Translations under genes and position numbers: made by a program | Source of the DNA: Raillietiella orientalis | Taxonomy: Eukaryota | DNA length: 64,000 nt | Reading direction: 5' to 3' | NCBI GenBank assembly: GCA_036172245.1 | Contig: JAYWIR010000022.1 | Coordinates: 3,038,001 to 3,102,000 of the forward strand | Notes under the pieces: generated by a model | Told to the model about the DNA's origin: nothing | Databases searched by the model: none | The model's input: the letters and a program-made list of their open reading frames with translations, nothing else | Shown: positions 39,201-50,526 of the stretch, piece after piece | Layout: each line of letters opens with the position of its first letter | How positions within the stretch are numbered: position 1 is the first letter of the stretch

Positions 39201-41362
39201 CCCGGTTATCGCAGCGCGCAACCGGCAGAGGTTCCCTTCCACCTGAACGTCGTCAACCGAGGGGAAGGAGGGGAGAGGGGGCGGAAGAAAAAGGAAAAGT
39301 TCTCCGTGGCATCAGTGAACGAGGAAAGATTGGCGATCCGGAACAGAGCTTTTTCCTTCCCTCCCCCTCCTGGAGAGCTCAGCCCTTCAGTGCAACGCGA
39401 AGACGCTTGCCTATTCCCGCTTTCCAGTGATGCGAGCGCACGACTGAGCTCCGTTTTTGTCCTGGATGCTTCGAAACGGCATCGCACAATTCCGAGAGCA
39501 CACTTGATTGGCCATGCGTGGAACCCGTGAAGCAGAGAATCCACCCAAACGAGGAGGCGATTTTTTTGTTTTGTTTTGCTTTCACGCGCTTCAGAGCTGC
39601 TGACAGCAGCAACAAGAAGCCACCGCAAGCAATCAGTCATTTCCCATTGAGTCCATTTAATCCGCGGAACTTTCCCCCCAAATTTCGTCACATAGGATGA
39701 TAAGAAATAACGATGATTGATGGACACACGTCACTTCGTGGAGATTTTTGAACATGATTTCAATTTGTTGCAACAACCTAAAGAATTCTAAAGGGTCAAA
39801 GACTTTGAACGTGCTCGGAGTCATTGTTCAAAAGCAGGGTCATGGAACTGTGAGCCTCAGTTTGGCATCACCTTAGAAGAGAAGGGTCCACGCTCGCATC
39901 CTCTCTGCGCTGCGATCTCTTGAGAGCGAACCCTTCCCGGCTGCAAGTGCAGAACTGCCTTTTTTCCTGTTGTAGTACCCAATGCAGAATTTTCAGGGAC
40001 TTTCAAGCTCATCGGCTAAAGATGCTGAAACACCGAAGCCTTTCCCGCGAAAATGCAGCCGCCAAGCAGTCTTCGAAAGAGGCGGGACAGCGTCGTCATT
40101 GGACGCTGGCGTTTCCGCATTCCTATGGTGGACTCCCCCAGGAACGGTTCGGCGATTTATGCACACGTGGGAAGATAAGGCGCGGTGCTTGTCAGAGCGA
40201 TCGTCCGCAGCACCCTCGAATCCAAAAAGGGACCCGTCTCGGACCCGCTCTTTAGATCCTTAAGATTTTGGATACACAGTCATCTAAAACCAAAAGACCC
40301 GGCAGCGATAGAATCCTGTCCACGGATGACTGGTTGGGCTGGGCCGGACCTCTTATGGCCTGTTTCTTGCTTGTTTGCTTCCAGCCATTTTCAGGGAGGA
40401 GTCCTTCTTGCCTATGGTTGTAACGGTAACGGCACACGTAAACAAGCCGAGCTCATCGCAATGAGCTCCAGTAGAGTCAAGCGCGACCGGGACTCCGGTC
40501 ACGCTGGCGTTCGCAGCTATTCAGATGAAACCGCGCAATTCATTTGACTTGGAAATATCGCCCTCCCTTAGACTCACCCAGCGTGGTCCTCCGGTTGAGA
40601 CGGCGCCTTGCAGCCATTCTGAAACACGCGCGGTTCAACGCCGGATGCATTCCGCGTGTGCATTCAAAGAGACTTCATCAAATAAATATCTTTTTTTTCA
40701 ATCTATATTTTGTTTTATTTTCATTCATTTTTTTCCAGTGTCTCTTCTTAGGTTTTGGTGAATCTTTCCACAGAGGTGTCCGACAACAGAGGAGGCATTT
40801 GGTTTCTTGACACTTCTTCCAGAGGGAGGGGAGGAAGAAGTGTTGTGTAACCACATCCTTTGTGGTCAACACGACACTTCTGGCCCATTAAGCTAGACTT
40901 GATTGAAACTGAAAGTGCCCCCCGCGCAGCTCCTCACTGGGAAATCGGTTCATCTGCAGGATGACCAGAGAGACATCTGCACTTTCCGGATTCACGTGTC
41001 CCTTGGCCAGTTCTTGCTTTCCCAGCAACGGAAGAGGTCATCACTCTTCTGGTGTCGATGCGTGTAGGCGGTGGGGGCGCGAGATGATCCGTTTGCTCCC
41101 GTTCTGGACCCTAAAAGACTGATCAAGTTGCTGGAAGCACTCTCTTGCAGAAGTTCATCGCGAGGATGTGCTTGGGTCGAGGCGGATTCGCCGATGTAGT
41201 CAGGAGACCACCAGGCTTCCAAGAAGAGGCGGAAGGAAGGGAGGACGTGCGCGTCTCCGCTTCCTGGTGGGCGTATCGCTCCCCGATGGAGCACTCGGAG
41301 ACCAAACTGCGTGACAACAAACCCCGAGGACGAGCCGGAAAGACAGGTTCAATCGTTTATTG

Positions 41363-42106
41363 CTACGGAGCGGAGACGATCTTGTTCTTCCTGCTGCGTG
41401 CGTGCTGATCCTTTGTGGCTGCCGAGCCACCTACCGACTTACTGCCCTCGGCGAAAGCTTCTCGAGAAAGCTTCATGGGTTTCGAAATCCTTCGGAAAAA
41501 CATGGGAAAGGAGCCTGGGTAGTGATTGTACATGGATGGCAGGAACTGGAACTGAGGGCCGTAGCGAGAGGGTAAAAGAGCGCTGGAAGACATATGCAAA
41601 GGCATCTGAGACTGCATTCCGTAGGGCATCCCGTAAGACATTCCGTAGGGCATTCCATAGGACATCCCGTAGGACATCCCGGGCCAGTGGCCCATCGTGG
41701 GATACATTCCGAACTGAGACATTCCTGGCATCGAGCTATTGCAAACACAGTCCGGTTCAACTGAAAGAGCGTTACCTGGGAGTCCGAGGACCGATGTGGC
41801 AGGCACGGAAATCAGCGGATCGACCTTCATCGACCCCTGGAGCTGGAAAATCCGAGCCTCCAAGTCAGGCAATTCGGTAGGTTTCAGGTTGAGGGGAGCT
41901 TCCTTCTCGCTTCTCCCCAAACCGGGAAACGGGTCGAGGCTTCCATCCAGCCTCCCGTCTGGATACTGGAAAAACTGCTGTCTCCTTTGCGGGGCTGGCG
42001 GAGGAAACTTTTCCTTTTCCTGGCAGAGTAGCAATGAGGTGCACCGACCCGTTTGCCCGGACCCGCAGACACACGAAGATATCAGGAACAGAAGCAGCCT
42101 CTTCAT
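41363..42106 (-). CDS. Candidate single-exon secreted protein (247 aa) with GM[S/P]Y repeats
   Basis: ATG at 42106 starts MKRLLLFLISSCVCG (signal-peptide-like). The ORF is uninterrupted, with a Met/Gly/Tyr/Pro-rich core. AATAAA (41356-41361, minus) lies 1 nt after the TAG. No homologue recognised. Confidence 0.5.
   Translation of the reverse strand: MKRLLLFLISSCVCGSGQTGRCTSLLLCQEKEKFPPPAPQRRQQFFQYPDGRLDGSLDPFPGLGRSEKEAPLNLKPTELPDLEARIFQLQGSMKVDPLISVPATSVLGLPGNALSVEPDCVCNSSMPGMSQFGMYPTMGHWPGMSYGMSYGMPYGMSYGMPYGMQSQMPLHMSSSALLPSRYGPQFQFLPSMYNHYPGSFPMFFRRISKPMKLSREAFAEGSKSVGGSAATKDQHARSRKNKIVSAP
41615..41680. repeat. 12-bp coding minisatellite, 5.5 copies
   Basis: cattccgtaggg, catcccgtaaga, cattccgtaggg, cattccatagga, catcccgtagga, catccc; encodes GMSY/GMPY on the minus strand. 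Confidence 0.95.
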
Positions 42107-45100
42107 CCCAACGCAGCTGTCGAACCTCTCGGCTTCGCGGACTTTGACGAGCTTTTCGGTTGTCCACACCAGAGGATCACCTGAGATTGAAAAAACTCTC
42201 TCGTCAGGGATTCGAGCAGCAGGGTCCCACCTCATCCCCCGCCCCCCTCAAAAGGAAGCGCTCCGACATTTTTTCGAATGCAGCGTCCACGTTTACGGCT
42301 GAGGGAAACGCACCAGCAAAACGGTCCCACACCTGACCATTAGCGAGTGGCAGTGTGTCGCGTCGAGCTGAGGTAAGCCAGAGCGGTAGCAAAGGGGAAC
42401 CGGGCAAGAAAAAACCGGCCAGCGTCAGCAAATCGGGAAAAATCAGTTACGGAAACGGAAGGAACCAGAAGAGGCTTTTGCCGTCTCAGGGAAAACAAAT
42501 CATCCGTGACAACTTACGATGTAGGTAAAGGAGGAACACTTCCGCTTATTTCGCTGCAATGCTGCTGTTGTTTTTTTGTGTGCTCTTTGTTTTTCGCTCA
42601 CTCCACACTATTTAGAAGCGCGCATTGAAAGAACAGTGCCGCTGTTACTTCCTCTGAGGCTCTTTCGCGTGCTGATGCACCTGGCTCGATATAGCCGATC
42701 GAACTGTGTGCACTCAGGTTGCAACCAGAGGACAAAAACGCCCAAATCAGGCAGGAAACCCACGGGACCCAAATGTAACGTTACTAGGAGCAGCGGTTTC
42801 GAGATCTGCCTGTGCCTCTTGGGGACAGAATCCCTCAGACTGTCGTCGGAAATGGCAGGGTGGTAAGGAGCCAAGAAATTTCTATCGGGTGCACTCGGAT
42901 CGAAAAGGTCACGATCCACCTCATCAGCCGATGACATCGGGAGAACACCTGGACAAAGGGAACAAAGTGGCAATGAATGGCGTCCTCCGAATCCCGCGCC
43001 TGATTCTGCATTTGCGATTGCGAGGCAAATTGCCTCCCGGAGCCACCAGACGCGAAATAGCTCACTGATTGATGCCGGGCTGTTAGTGCAAATGAACCAC
43101 GGGCAAGCGGCAGAAAGGCGAGGCGCCTTGTTTTTTTGTTTCGTCGCTCGGCTCACGGAAGACCTGGAGTCGTGGCAGCGCGAGGGATGCTGCGTGAGTT
43201 TTCCCGGCGCTCTTCGCATCGAACGCTTCCGCGCTCGCGTGGTTTGGATGGCGTTTCTCGGTGTTCCGCGTTGCTGCCAGCGACTGGTCCGGTTCGAGTG
43301 GATGCAAATCCGTCTTCGCGGCCGCATTCCACTTTCCCCACACACGCGCACACACACATATATAGACGTCGATCTTTGTTTTTCTCTTATAATTAGCTTC
43401 CCTCCAAAGCATTCTAGGATTCTTTGTACGAAAGCCATGTCGAGGAGGAGCGAGCCTTTGCGTCCAGGATCAGGTCTCGACGTTTGGCTCCATGCGGGCT
43501 CACGATCCACGGCCAAACTCTTGAGGTCCACCGTCCACGATCGCTCGGTAACCGCACGTCGCAGTCACTGTGGCAACAGCAAGAGGGGCTCGGTCTGACC
43601 CGAGGCGGTTTCGACCGAGTTTCTTCTGCTCCCGACCGAGACGCACGTGGGGGACGATGTGGGAGTGTGGAGCTCAGCGGTCCGCCGCCGCAGCAGCGCC
43701 GCAGACTGCGCGTGGAGGCACCCCGGCGCGTGGACGGCAGGTGCGGATGTTTCGCCATCCTGAGAGAATTCCGATCTTATCACCTGCTCCGGGTGGGGAC
43801 CACTCTGTCTGGTTGGACCATTAGCAGCGAAAATCCTTTCGATCCGAAGGCGCTCCCTCCGTAACGACGACCCTCTGGGGACCCGGGAGGAGAGCCTGCC
43901 ATGCGTCGCGCCCGCGGGGAGCCTGCGCTCAGCCTCCCCTCTGGGGGCGGTCCCCGTCGTTGCCCCATCGTAGCCGCCCCGAGACGAGCCAGAGCTTCCC
44001 TGGAGCGGCGTTCAGCCAACGCGAGCTCGGGGAGGGCGTGCCGTCCCAGACCTCAGGTCGCAGGAGCCCCAAGCGCCCACCCGGTCCGGAGAGATTTCGG
44101 GAGCGCCCTGCGAGGAAGGGGTACGCGGGACCGCAGAGAAAGCCGAGGAAGCCTCGGGGCGGGGAGGAGGGGGCACCTTCAGTGTCCCGAAGAGAGTTGC
44201 GTGTGACCTCGCTCTGCCAGCAGCAGGCTTGCCAGGGCAGCCGTCGCTGTCCCGGCGTCTCATCTCCGTTTCGAGGAGGCGGCGGTGCTTCGGGACCATC
44301 CCGGCTTCTCCCCTGGGGGTTCTCTGGACCAGGAGGACAGTCTCGGGCTCTCCCCCCGGGGACCTTCCAGAGCAAGAAGACTGCTCCGCGGCGCCAGCGT
44401 TTGGCACGCCGGGAGCAGCTCCCGCGTTTCCCAGCGCCATGGAGCGGAGGGAGACCTGGGCCTCCTCTCGCGGATGGGAGCGCCTTCTGTCCCCACGGCG
44501 GGAGTGACCCGAGGGAAGGAGAAAGCGGTCACCCACCCTCCCCCGCTTTCCCCCCCCTCCCGGGCTCCCTGCTGCTTTTCGTCCTCCTTCTGCTTCCTCA
44601 TTCTGGCCACTGAGGCGTCCCTGCACCACGCGACCCCCTTCTGACTGGGGGTCTTCGCCGCCTCTACCCCGGGCACGAGCTTGCCACTGACTTCCCTGTT
44701 CGCTCGGGGAGGGGATGGGGGGGAGGGCGGTACCCGCGAACTGAGGGGCGGAGACCCCTTCGCTCTCCCGAGACCAAGAGGTCTTTCCGGTGCGAGGGAG
44801 GGAGCCCTCGAGCGGTGCGGGGTGCAGCATCCTCTCCGCTGCCGGTCAGGATGTTCCCTGCTCCCCTGCCACCTCCGGGTCCGCCGTGCGGGCGACCTGC
44901 TGTTGCCTTAAGGGCGCGGTGGGGGGCCGCTCTTTCCTCTCCTTCTCTGGCGGCCCCGCAAGAGACCCCAGGATCCTTCCAGGAACCAAGGAACGACGGT
45001 TTCCTTCGGGGCACCCCTCCGGTTGGGAGATGGGGTCATCCCCCCCCTGGGTGAGACCCTCCATCGCGAGCCGGTTGCCTCTCCAGAGTGTCGAGAAGCG

Positions 45101-46849
45101 CGCTGCTCCCATAGGGTTTCAGAGGAGGAAACGGAGCGGATTCCTTCCGGGGTGCCGCTCCGGGGAAGAAATGATGGAGAGGTCCCTCCAGGGGGTCTAA
45201 CCGGAAGGGATAAAGAGGTAGTTCCCTTCGGGGTTCTCTCCCAAACGTGAGAGAGGGAATGGACCCCTTCCTCTGGATCCCTTCCTGGACTCAAAAGGTG
45301 ATTCCCTCCCGGGGTATTCCTTATCTTGATGAATTCGTGCATAAACGGAAGCCTTCTCAGGATCTCAATGCCTTCCGTCCACCACATGGAAGGGAGGATT
45401 TGCCGTTCTTGCAGTGAAAGAATAAGCCATTTAAAAGGAAACCCGACATCCAGGGTATCCCCCCCCCTCCAAAAAAAAAAAAAAAGGGGAGAAGGGAGGT
45501 GACTCCTTTGTGCATGATCTGAATCCAAAAAGATTGAATGATCGAAAGAGTTGTTAAAGAAGAAGCCAATCAACGTTGGTATCAGTTAGTTTCGAGTGGA
45601 TGCACCCCCCCTTCCCCCAGAGCCTCCGAGCTGGCCGTCCACCGATGAGACTGGTGGGACTCCGCTTACCCAAAGGGCTGGACTTGATCTCGAGAAGTCC
45701 CTGAACATGCACCGCCGGTGCGCAGCTACCCACCACGCGTGAGATCGACGAACGAACCGTTTCATCGACGCTTGCGAGCTCCTTGGTCCGGAGGGGTGCC
45801 TCGGACGCTGCAGGGACGGCTCCAGTATGCTGCTGCATTGGCTGCGTGGGAAACAGATCCAGGATCCGTTGAAACTTCGTTCGCCGGATGTCAATCCAGC
45901 AACACAGCGAAGGCTCGGTGGATTTGCCCCACATAACCGTTGGCGCTCTCAACAAGAACGGTGTCCGTCTGATGGTCAAGAACATCATCCTTGGTACGGC
46001 TTTTGTCGAACCACGCAGCGTTCTTAAAGGCCAAGTCGACTTCAAGAAACTCTGAAATTTAGTTTCCTGAACAACCTTTCGTGTTCCCTCTGCCTTGGAA
46101 CGAAGAAATTTTCTTGTGCTATTCGATGATGCCGCGTTTCTCGCACGAAGACGGCATCAAAGACCTGCCTTTCAAGAGGGAAGGAAATGAATTCGTTTCC
46201 TTTGCGAGGGAGAGTAGGAAAACACACACAAACCCGGTGTGTGCAGTTTCCGAAGAGAATTCGAGCAAAATTCTGTTTGATCCACCGACGAATTCGTTCC
46301 TCGATGCATCGGCATGCCAGCTTCGTACCTTGTTTCCAAGCAAATCGATTTGGTGTTCAGATTCGAAATGAAAAGGATACTACTACGGAGTTTTCGCATC
46401 ACGATTTCGAAATGTGCCTGAAGGTGTTTCCTGAAATGGCTACGAGATGTCTCACGCAATGCACGGAACGCCGAGAATCGCCTCGATGCACTTTCGAAGC
46501 CCAACTGAGTATCATCTGTGGTCTGCACCCCCCCCCCCCTTCCCCACCCATCCCACCCACACACACACCACGGCACACACACACAAAGAAAAGACGGGCC
46601 TTATCAACCTCGATGGAGAAATAACCGACCCTACAACCAATTGCTCCTTGCGGCGCCCGAGCGACGTGCGCCGACCCACGGTTGCATTCATCTCTGGTTT
46701 GTTTGGAGATTCCTTTGTGCAAAACCTGACAGTCTTGGAAAGCAAGGTGTTGAACACGACACGTAACACTGATGTACTGAAAACAAGGATGACGAATCGT
46801 CTAATCCGCACTTACGAAAATCACGGGTAGTAGTAGCCTTCGGTGTAAC

Positions 46850-47250
46850 CAGGCTCTGATTCCTAAGAAAATAAGCCGCAGGGAGTTTCTCAAGATGAAA
46901 GGATGATTTGAAAACTAAAACGGAACTCCATAGTTCAGAATATGGAGCACATCTAGAAAAGCGTCTGAACTTAACGTTACTGCAGGATTCAAAAATGCGT
47001 GTCGAACCTCACATCTGATAGAGAATTCCTAAGAGTGGTTCAAAACTTGGGATGCATTGCCAAGAGACATCACACGTAACGGGAAACTCGATGGATGGCC
47101 TCAACGGAAAGAGTAGGACCGAGTCAAAGATGAACTGATGAGCGATAAAGGTGAACACTAAGTGAATCCATCAGTCCACCCATGGATTTAGATTATCCAG
47201 GTATCTTCTTCAAGCGAACGAACAAAAATCATAAAAGAATACTTTCATTT
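46850..47250 (+). mobile_element. Decayed Ty3/gypsy integrase remnant
   Basis: LIP...ELHSSEYGAHL (H..GH.G-like), then TSDREF...LG and DG...ER-like segments across frameshifts. Confidence 0.4.
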
Positions 47251-47639
47251 AATTGGTGAAAAAAAAAATCCAAGACTTGAAATGCTTATTTTACTGAGTA
47301 AAAATTGAATTGGAAGGAATTGCGAGTTCACTTAAGCTACGAGATAAACTGAATAATATGGTACTTACTGCATCCTATTTTGTTTATTATTGTTATTTTT
47401 TTTTTTTTTTTTTACTATACGTATGGGGGCCATTCATGCCGCAATTACGAGCTCACTTTCTGTCTCCTACAGTTTTTCCGAGAACTGGCAGCATGCGTGG
47501 TTAACTTTGCTTTGCTTTGAAACCATCGAGTACATTATGTGTAATTCGATGGAGTTGACTGGTAAAAAGGGAAACAAAAGGGGGGGGAAAAAAAAAAAAA
47601 AAAACTGCTGTGTTACTGACTTCGCGCAGTTTTGTGCGC

Positions 47640-48450
47640 ACGTCTTCTGCTGGATCTAAACTTGTTCCTTCTAAATGTCTTGTAGAGCTGATTAATATTC
47701 TCCAAGAAACTGAATTTTTCCATGAGGTTTCCTTTGTGAAAGGAACCATCGGAATGGCTGACTCTTTTGTGTGGTTACTTCTGGAATTCATTAAGGTCTA
47801 TGTCGACTCAGCATTCATTTGCTACCTTTTCTTGTCAGATAAATGCTGCTTCAAATAGAAACCATCTGACTTTTTTTTTGTTTGTTTCGGAAGAGTTTCG
47901 TTCTTGTAGCGCAGTAACGAAGACCACATGGAATTTTTCTCAGCCGATTGACAAACATTTGTCTGCTTCTCACTTCTGCACGAATCCATTTCTTATTTTG
48001 CTGGTGTCTTAGTTTTGAGTTTTTTACGCGAAAATCCCGAAGCACTGGGGAAGGGGAGGATTCAATTTTGCAATCCCTCATTTGAATATACATTTCTTCA
48101 GAGGAATTTTCCAAAACCATCCTATGCTCTCTGAGTTGTGCCAGAAAATACCCTGGACGATCTTTACAAATGATATCCCGATTGCCAAAGAGGATGTGCT
48201 GATAGACGTCGCACAAAACCTGGAAAACGTCTCGAAGCAACTTTCAATTATTTCATCGAAACGGAATTTCGAATACTTATTTCCAGAATAATTGAACGTT
48301 TCGATTCAATTTCCCCGGATTTTACATGCTATACTCCGGGAAGGAGATGCTACCCGCATTTCGCCTTATTATGGGTGAAAAGAACTGACAGCACTGAATG
48401 CAGTCCTCGTTTTGAAATCGCTGTGATAATCCTATACAAACAAATGACAC
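47640..48450 (-). mobile_element. Decayed Ty3/gypsy pol (RT-RNase H) remnant
   Basis: In order: RTAFS (KTAF), CDVYQHILF (VY.DDILI), QLREH...LKKCIF (KC.F), EVRSRQMFVNRLRKIP (EVRSFLG.VNYYRKFI), RHLEG (RHYL.G). Confidence 0.6.
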
Positions 48451-50049
48451 AAAGAAAATGCGAAGCCGTTTTTCACGTGGGTCTCGGAAATCACCGAAAC
48501 GATAAAATTCTTACACTTTGAACCTGTGTTTTTTATTTATTTTTTCCCCCCTCCCTCTCTTTTATAGAACAGACATAATGCTTTTGTGTAAATTGCTCAT
48601 ATGTCATCGGCCCTGGCAAAATAATGATGATGATGATAATTCAACACATTTCCAACTACAGTTTCTCCCCCTCCCTGCCCCCTCCTCCCTTCCAAGCTTG
48701 AAAATGGAATCGGCTGAGCAGCCCAGCAGGACAGTGTGAAAATTATTGGCCTTGAAGAAAATTAAACATGCTTTTGCCTCTTTACATTTGGAATATCTTG
48801 CTCATTTTAAGATATACATCTATAAACACTGTGGTTTATAAATGTATAAAAACACTGTTCTTTAATGTACATGATCCTTGGTGTTTTCATATTTTCTTGA
48901 TTCCTGCATACTTAAAAGTTCCTTTTTTTGTTTTAGTTCACTGGTCTTTTTAGATAGACTTCTGTTCCGACGATGAATGGACCTTTAGAGAAACCCACTT
49001 ATTTGAACGTGATTACCAGAATAGGAGTCAAAAATCTTGAAATCACCTTGGTCTTTCATATGCTTTTAATGTAACTAAGATTTTTAGAAGAAACTGGCTA
49101 TTCTTGAATTAAACTACCCCTGTTTCAAAAATGTACTCAAAAGTACCTCAAATTTTAACTGAAATTTCCTCATTAGATTAATGGGAATATTTTCAAAAAC
49201 TCATTACCAGTTTCCTCGAACTTGAATGGAAAATTAAGCTTTTATTTTGAGTCACAAAATTTCGCCGTGTGAGCTTTACGTGTTTGCTTGAAATGCAGCT
49301 TCAAAATTTAAGCACGTACTATTATACAATCCAAGAAATCGAAAAATTTTCGTGCAAATAAGCTTCCGTTTCTTATACTTAATAGCTTGCAATTCTTAGT
49401 ATTGTTGATGAGTTTATCGTATATAATTCCATTTGCGATTTATGAAATCTGAAGACATGCTTTTCAAGATCAAAAGTTGGAGCAAACCTTTTAAAAGATT
49501 TTTAGACTTGTCATAGTTTTCAATGTATAACAATTTTGATGATTTCGTCCATTTGTATTCTGACATACTTTCGTGACTCACATGATTTCTGCGAATAACA
49601 TCAAGATCATACCTTATATTATATCAACATCCGACATTACTTTTGTTAATATTAAATGCATTATACATAAGTATAAGTACATTTTGAATTACATAACAAA
49701 GCAAATTCCATTTGCAAGCATTTAGAATCAAGAATGATTAAAACACATTAAAGTAGTAGGTATTCATAACTGTTACAGCATTCAAAACAGAAAACAGTAA
49801 ATTTGCATAATAATCTATAACTGATTAAGTAAGAATTGGACTTCCAGATGCATTAATCCGTACATCAAAAATATACACTTTTCTTGTAAATATAAAATTT
49901 AATCTGTTTTATGCTGTTTGCAACAACGTAAATGAAAAGCTTGCTACCCTGGTTACAGTTTAGCATGGACGTTGCGCGCTTCCTGCTCTAGGTTTGCATC
50001 CGTTGTATGTGGATTTTGTGAAGTTTTCGCCTACGTATTGTTTCAAACC

Positions 50050-50526
50050 ATGGCGGAATTAGAAAACACGGAATTCGAGGCTGGAGATGCTGGTGCTTCG
50101 ATTACCATACCTATGCAATGTTCTGCTCTTCGTAAAAATGGGTTCGTAATGCTAAAGAGAAGACCTTGCAAAATAGTAGAAATGTCGACTTCTAAAACTG
50201 GCAAGCATGGGCATGCGAAAATTCACCTTGTAGGATTGGATATTTTTACATCAAAAAAATATGAAGATATTTGTCCGTCAACCCATAACATGGAGGTTCC
50301 ATTAGTCAAACGTGTTGATTATCAACTACTGGAAATATCTGATGATAACTACCTTTCTTTAATGGATGATAATGGAGATGTTCGTGAAGATTTGAAGATA
50401 CCAGAAGGCGAATTGGGTGCACAGATCAAAGCTGAACACGAATCGGGCAGAGAAATATACTGCACCGTGCTCAAAGCCTGTGATGAAGAGTGTGTCATTG
50501 CAATTAAAACCAGTACAAATACATAA
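50050..50526 (+). CDS. eIF5A: Eukaryotic translation initiation/elongation factor 5A, intronless CDS, 158 aa
   Basis: MAELENTEFEAGDAGAS...QCSALRKNG...STSKTGKHGHAK (hypusine site intact)...CPSTHNM. The Kozak context is good (accATGG) and AATAAA occurs at 50652-50657. Confidence 0.98.
   Translation: MAELENTEFEAGDAGASITIPMQCSALRKNGFVMLKRRPCKIVEMSTSKTGKHGHAKIHLVGLDIFTSKKYEDICPSTHNMEVPLVKRVDYQLLEISDDNYLSLMDDNGDVREDLKIPEGELGAQIKAEHESGREIYCTVLKACDEECVIAIKTSTNT

Noticed and set aside
49972..50049. N-terminal extension of eIF5A in the ORF track
   Set aside because: It starts at a TTG. The ATG at 50050 has a strong Kozak context and gives the normal protein length.
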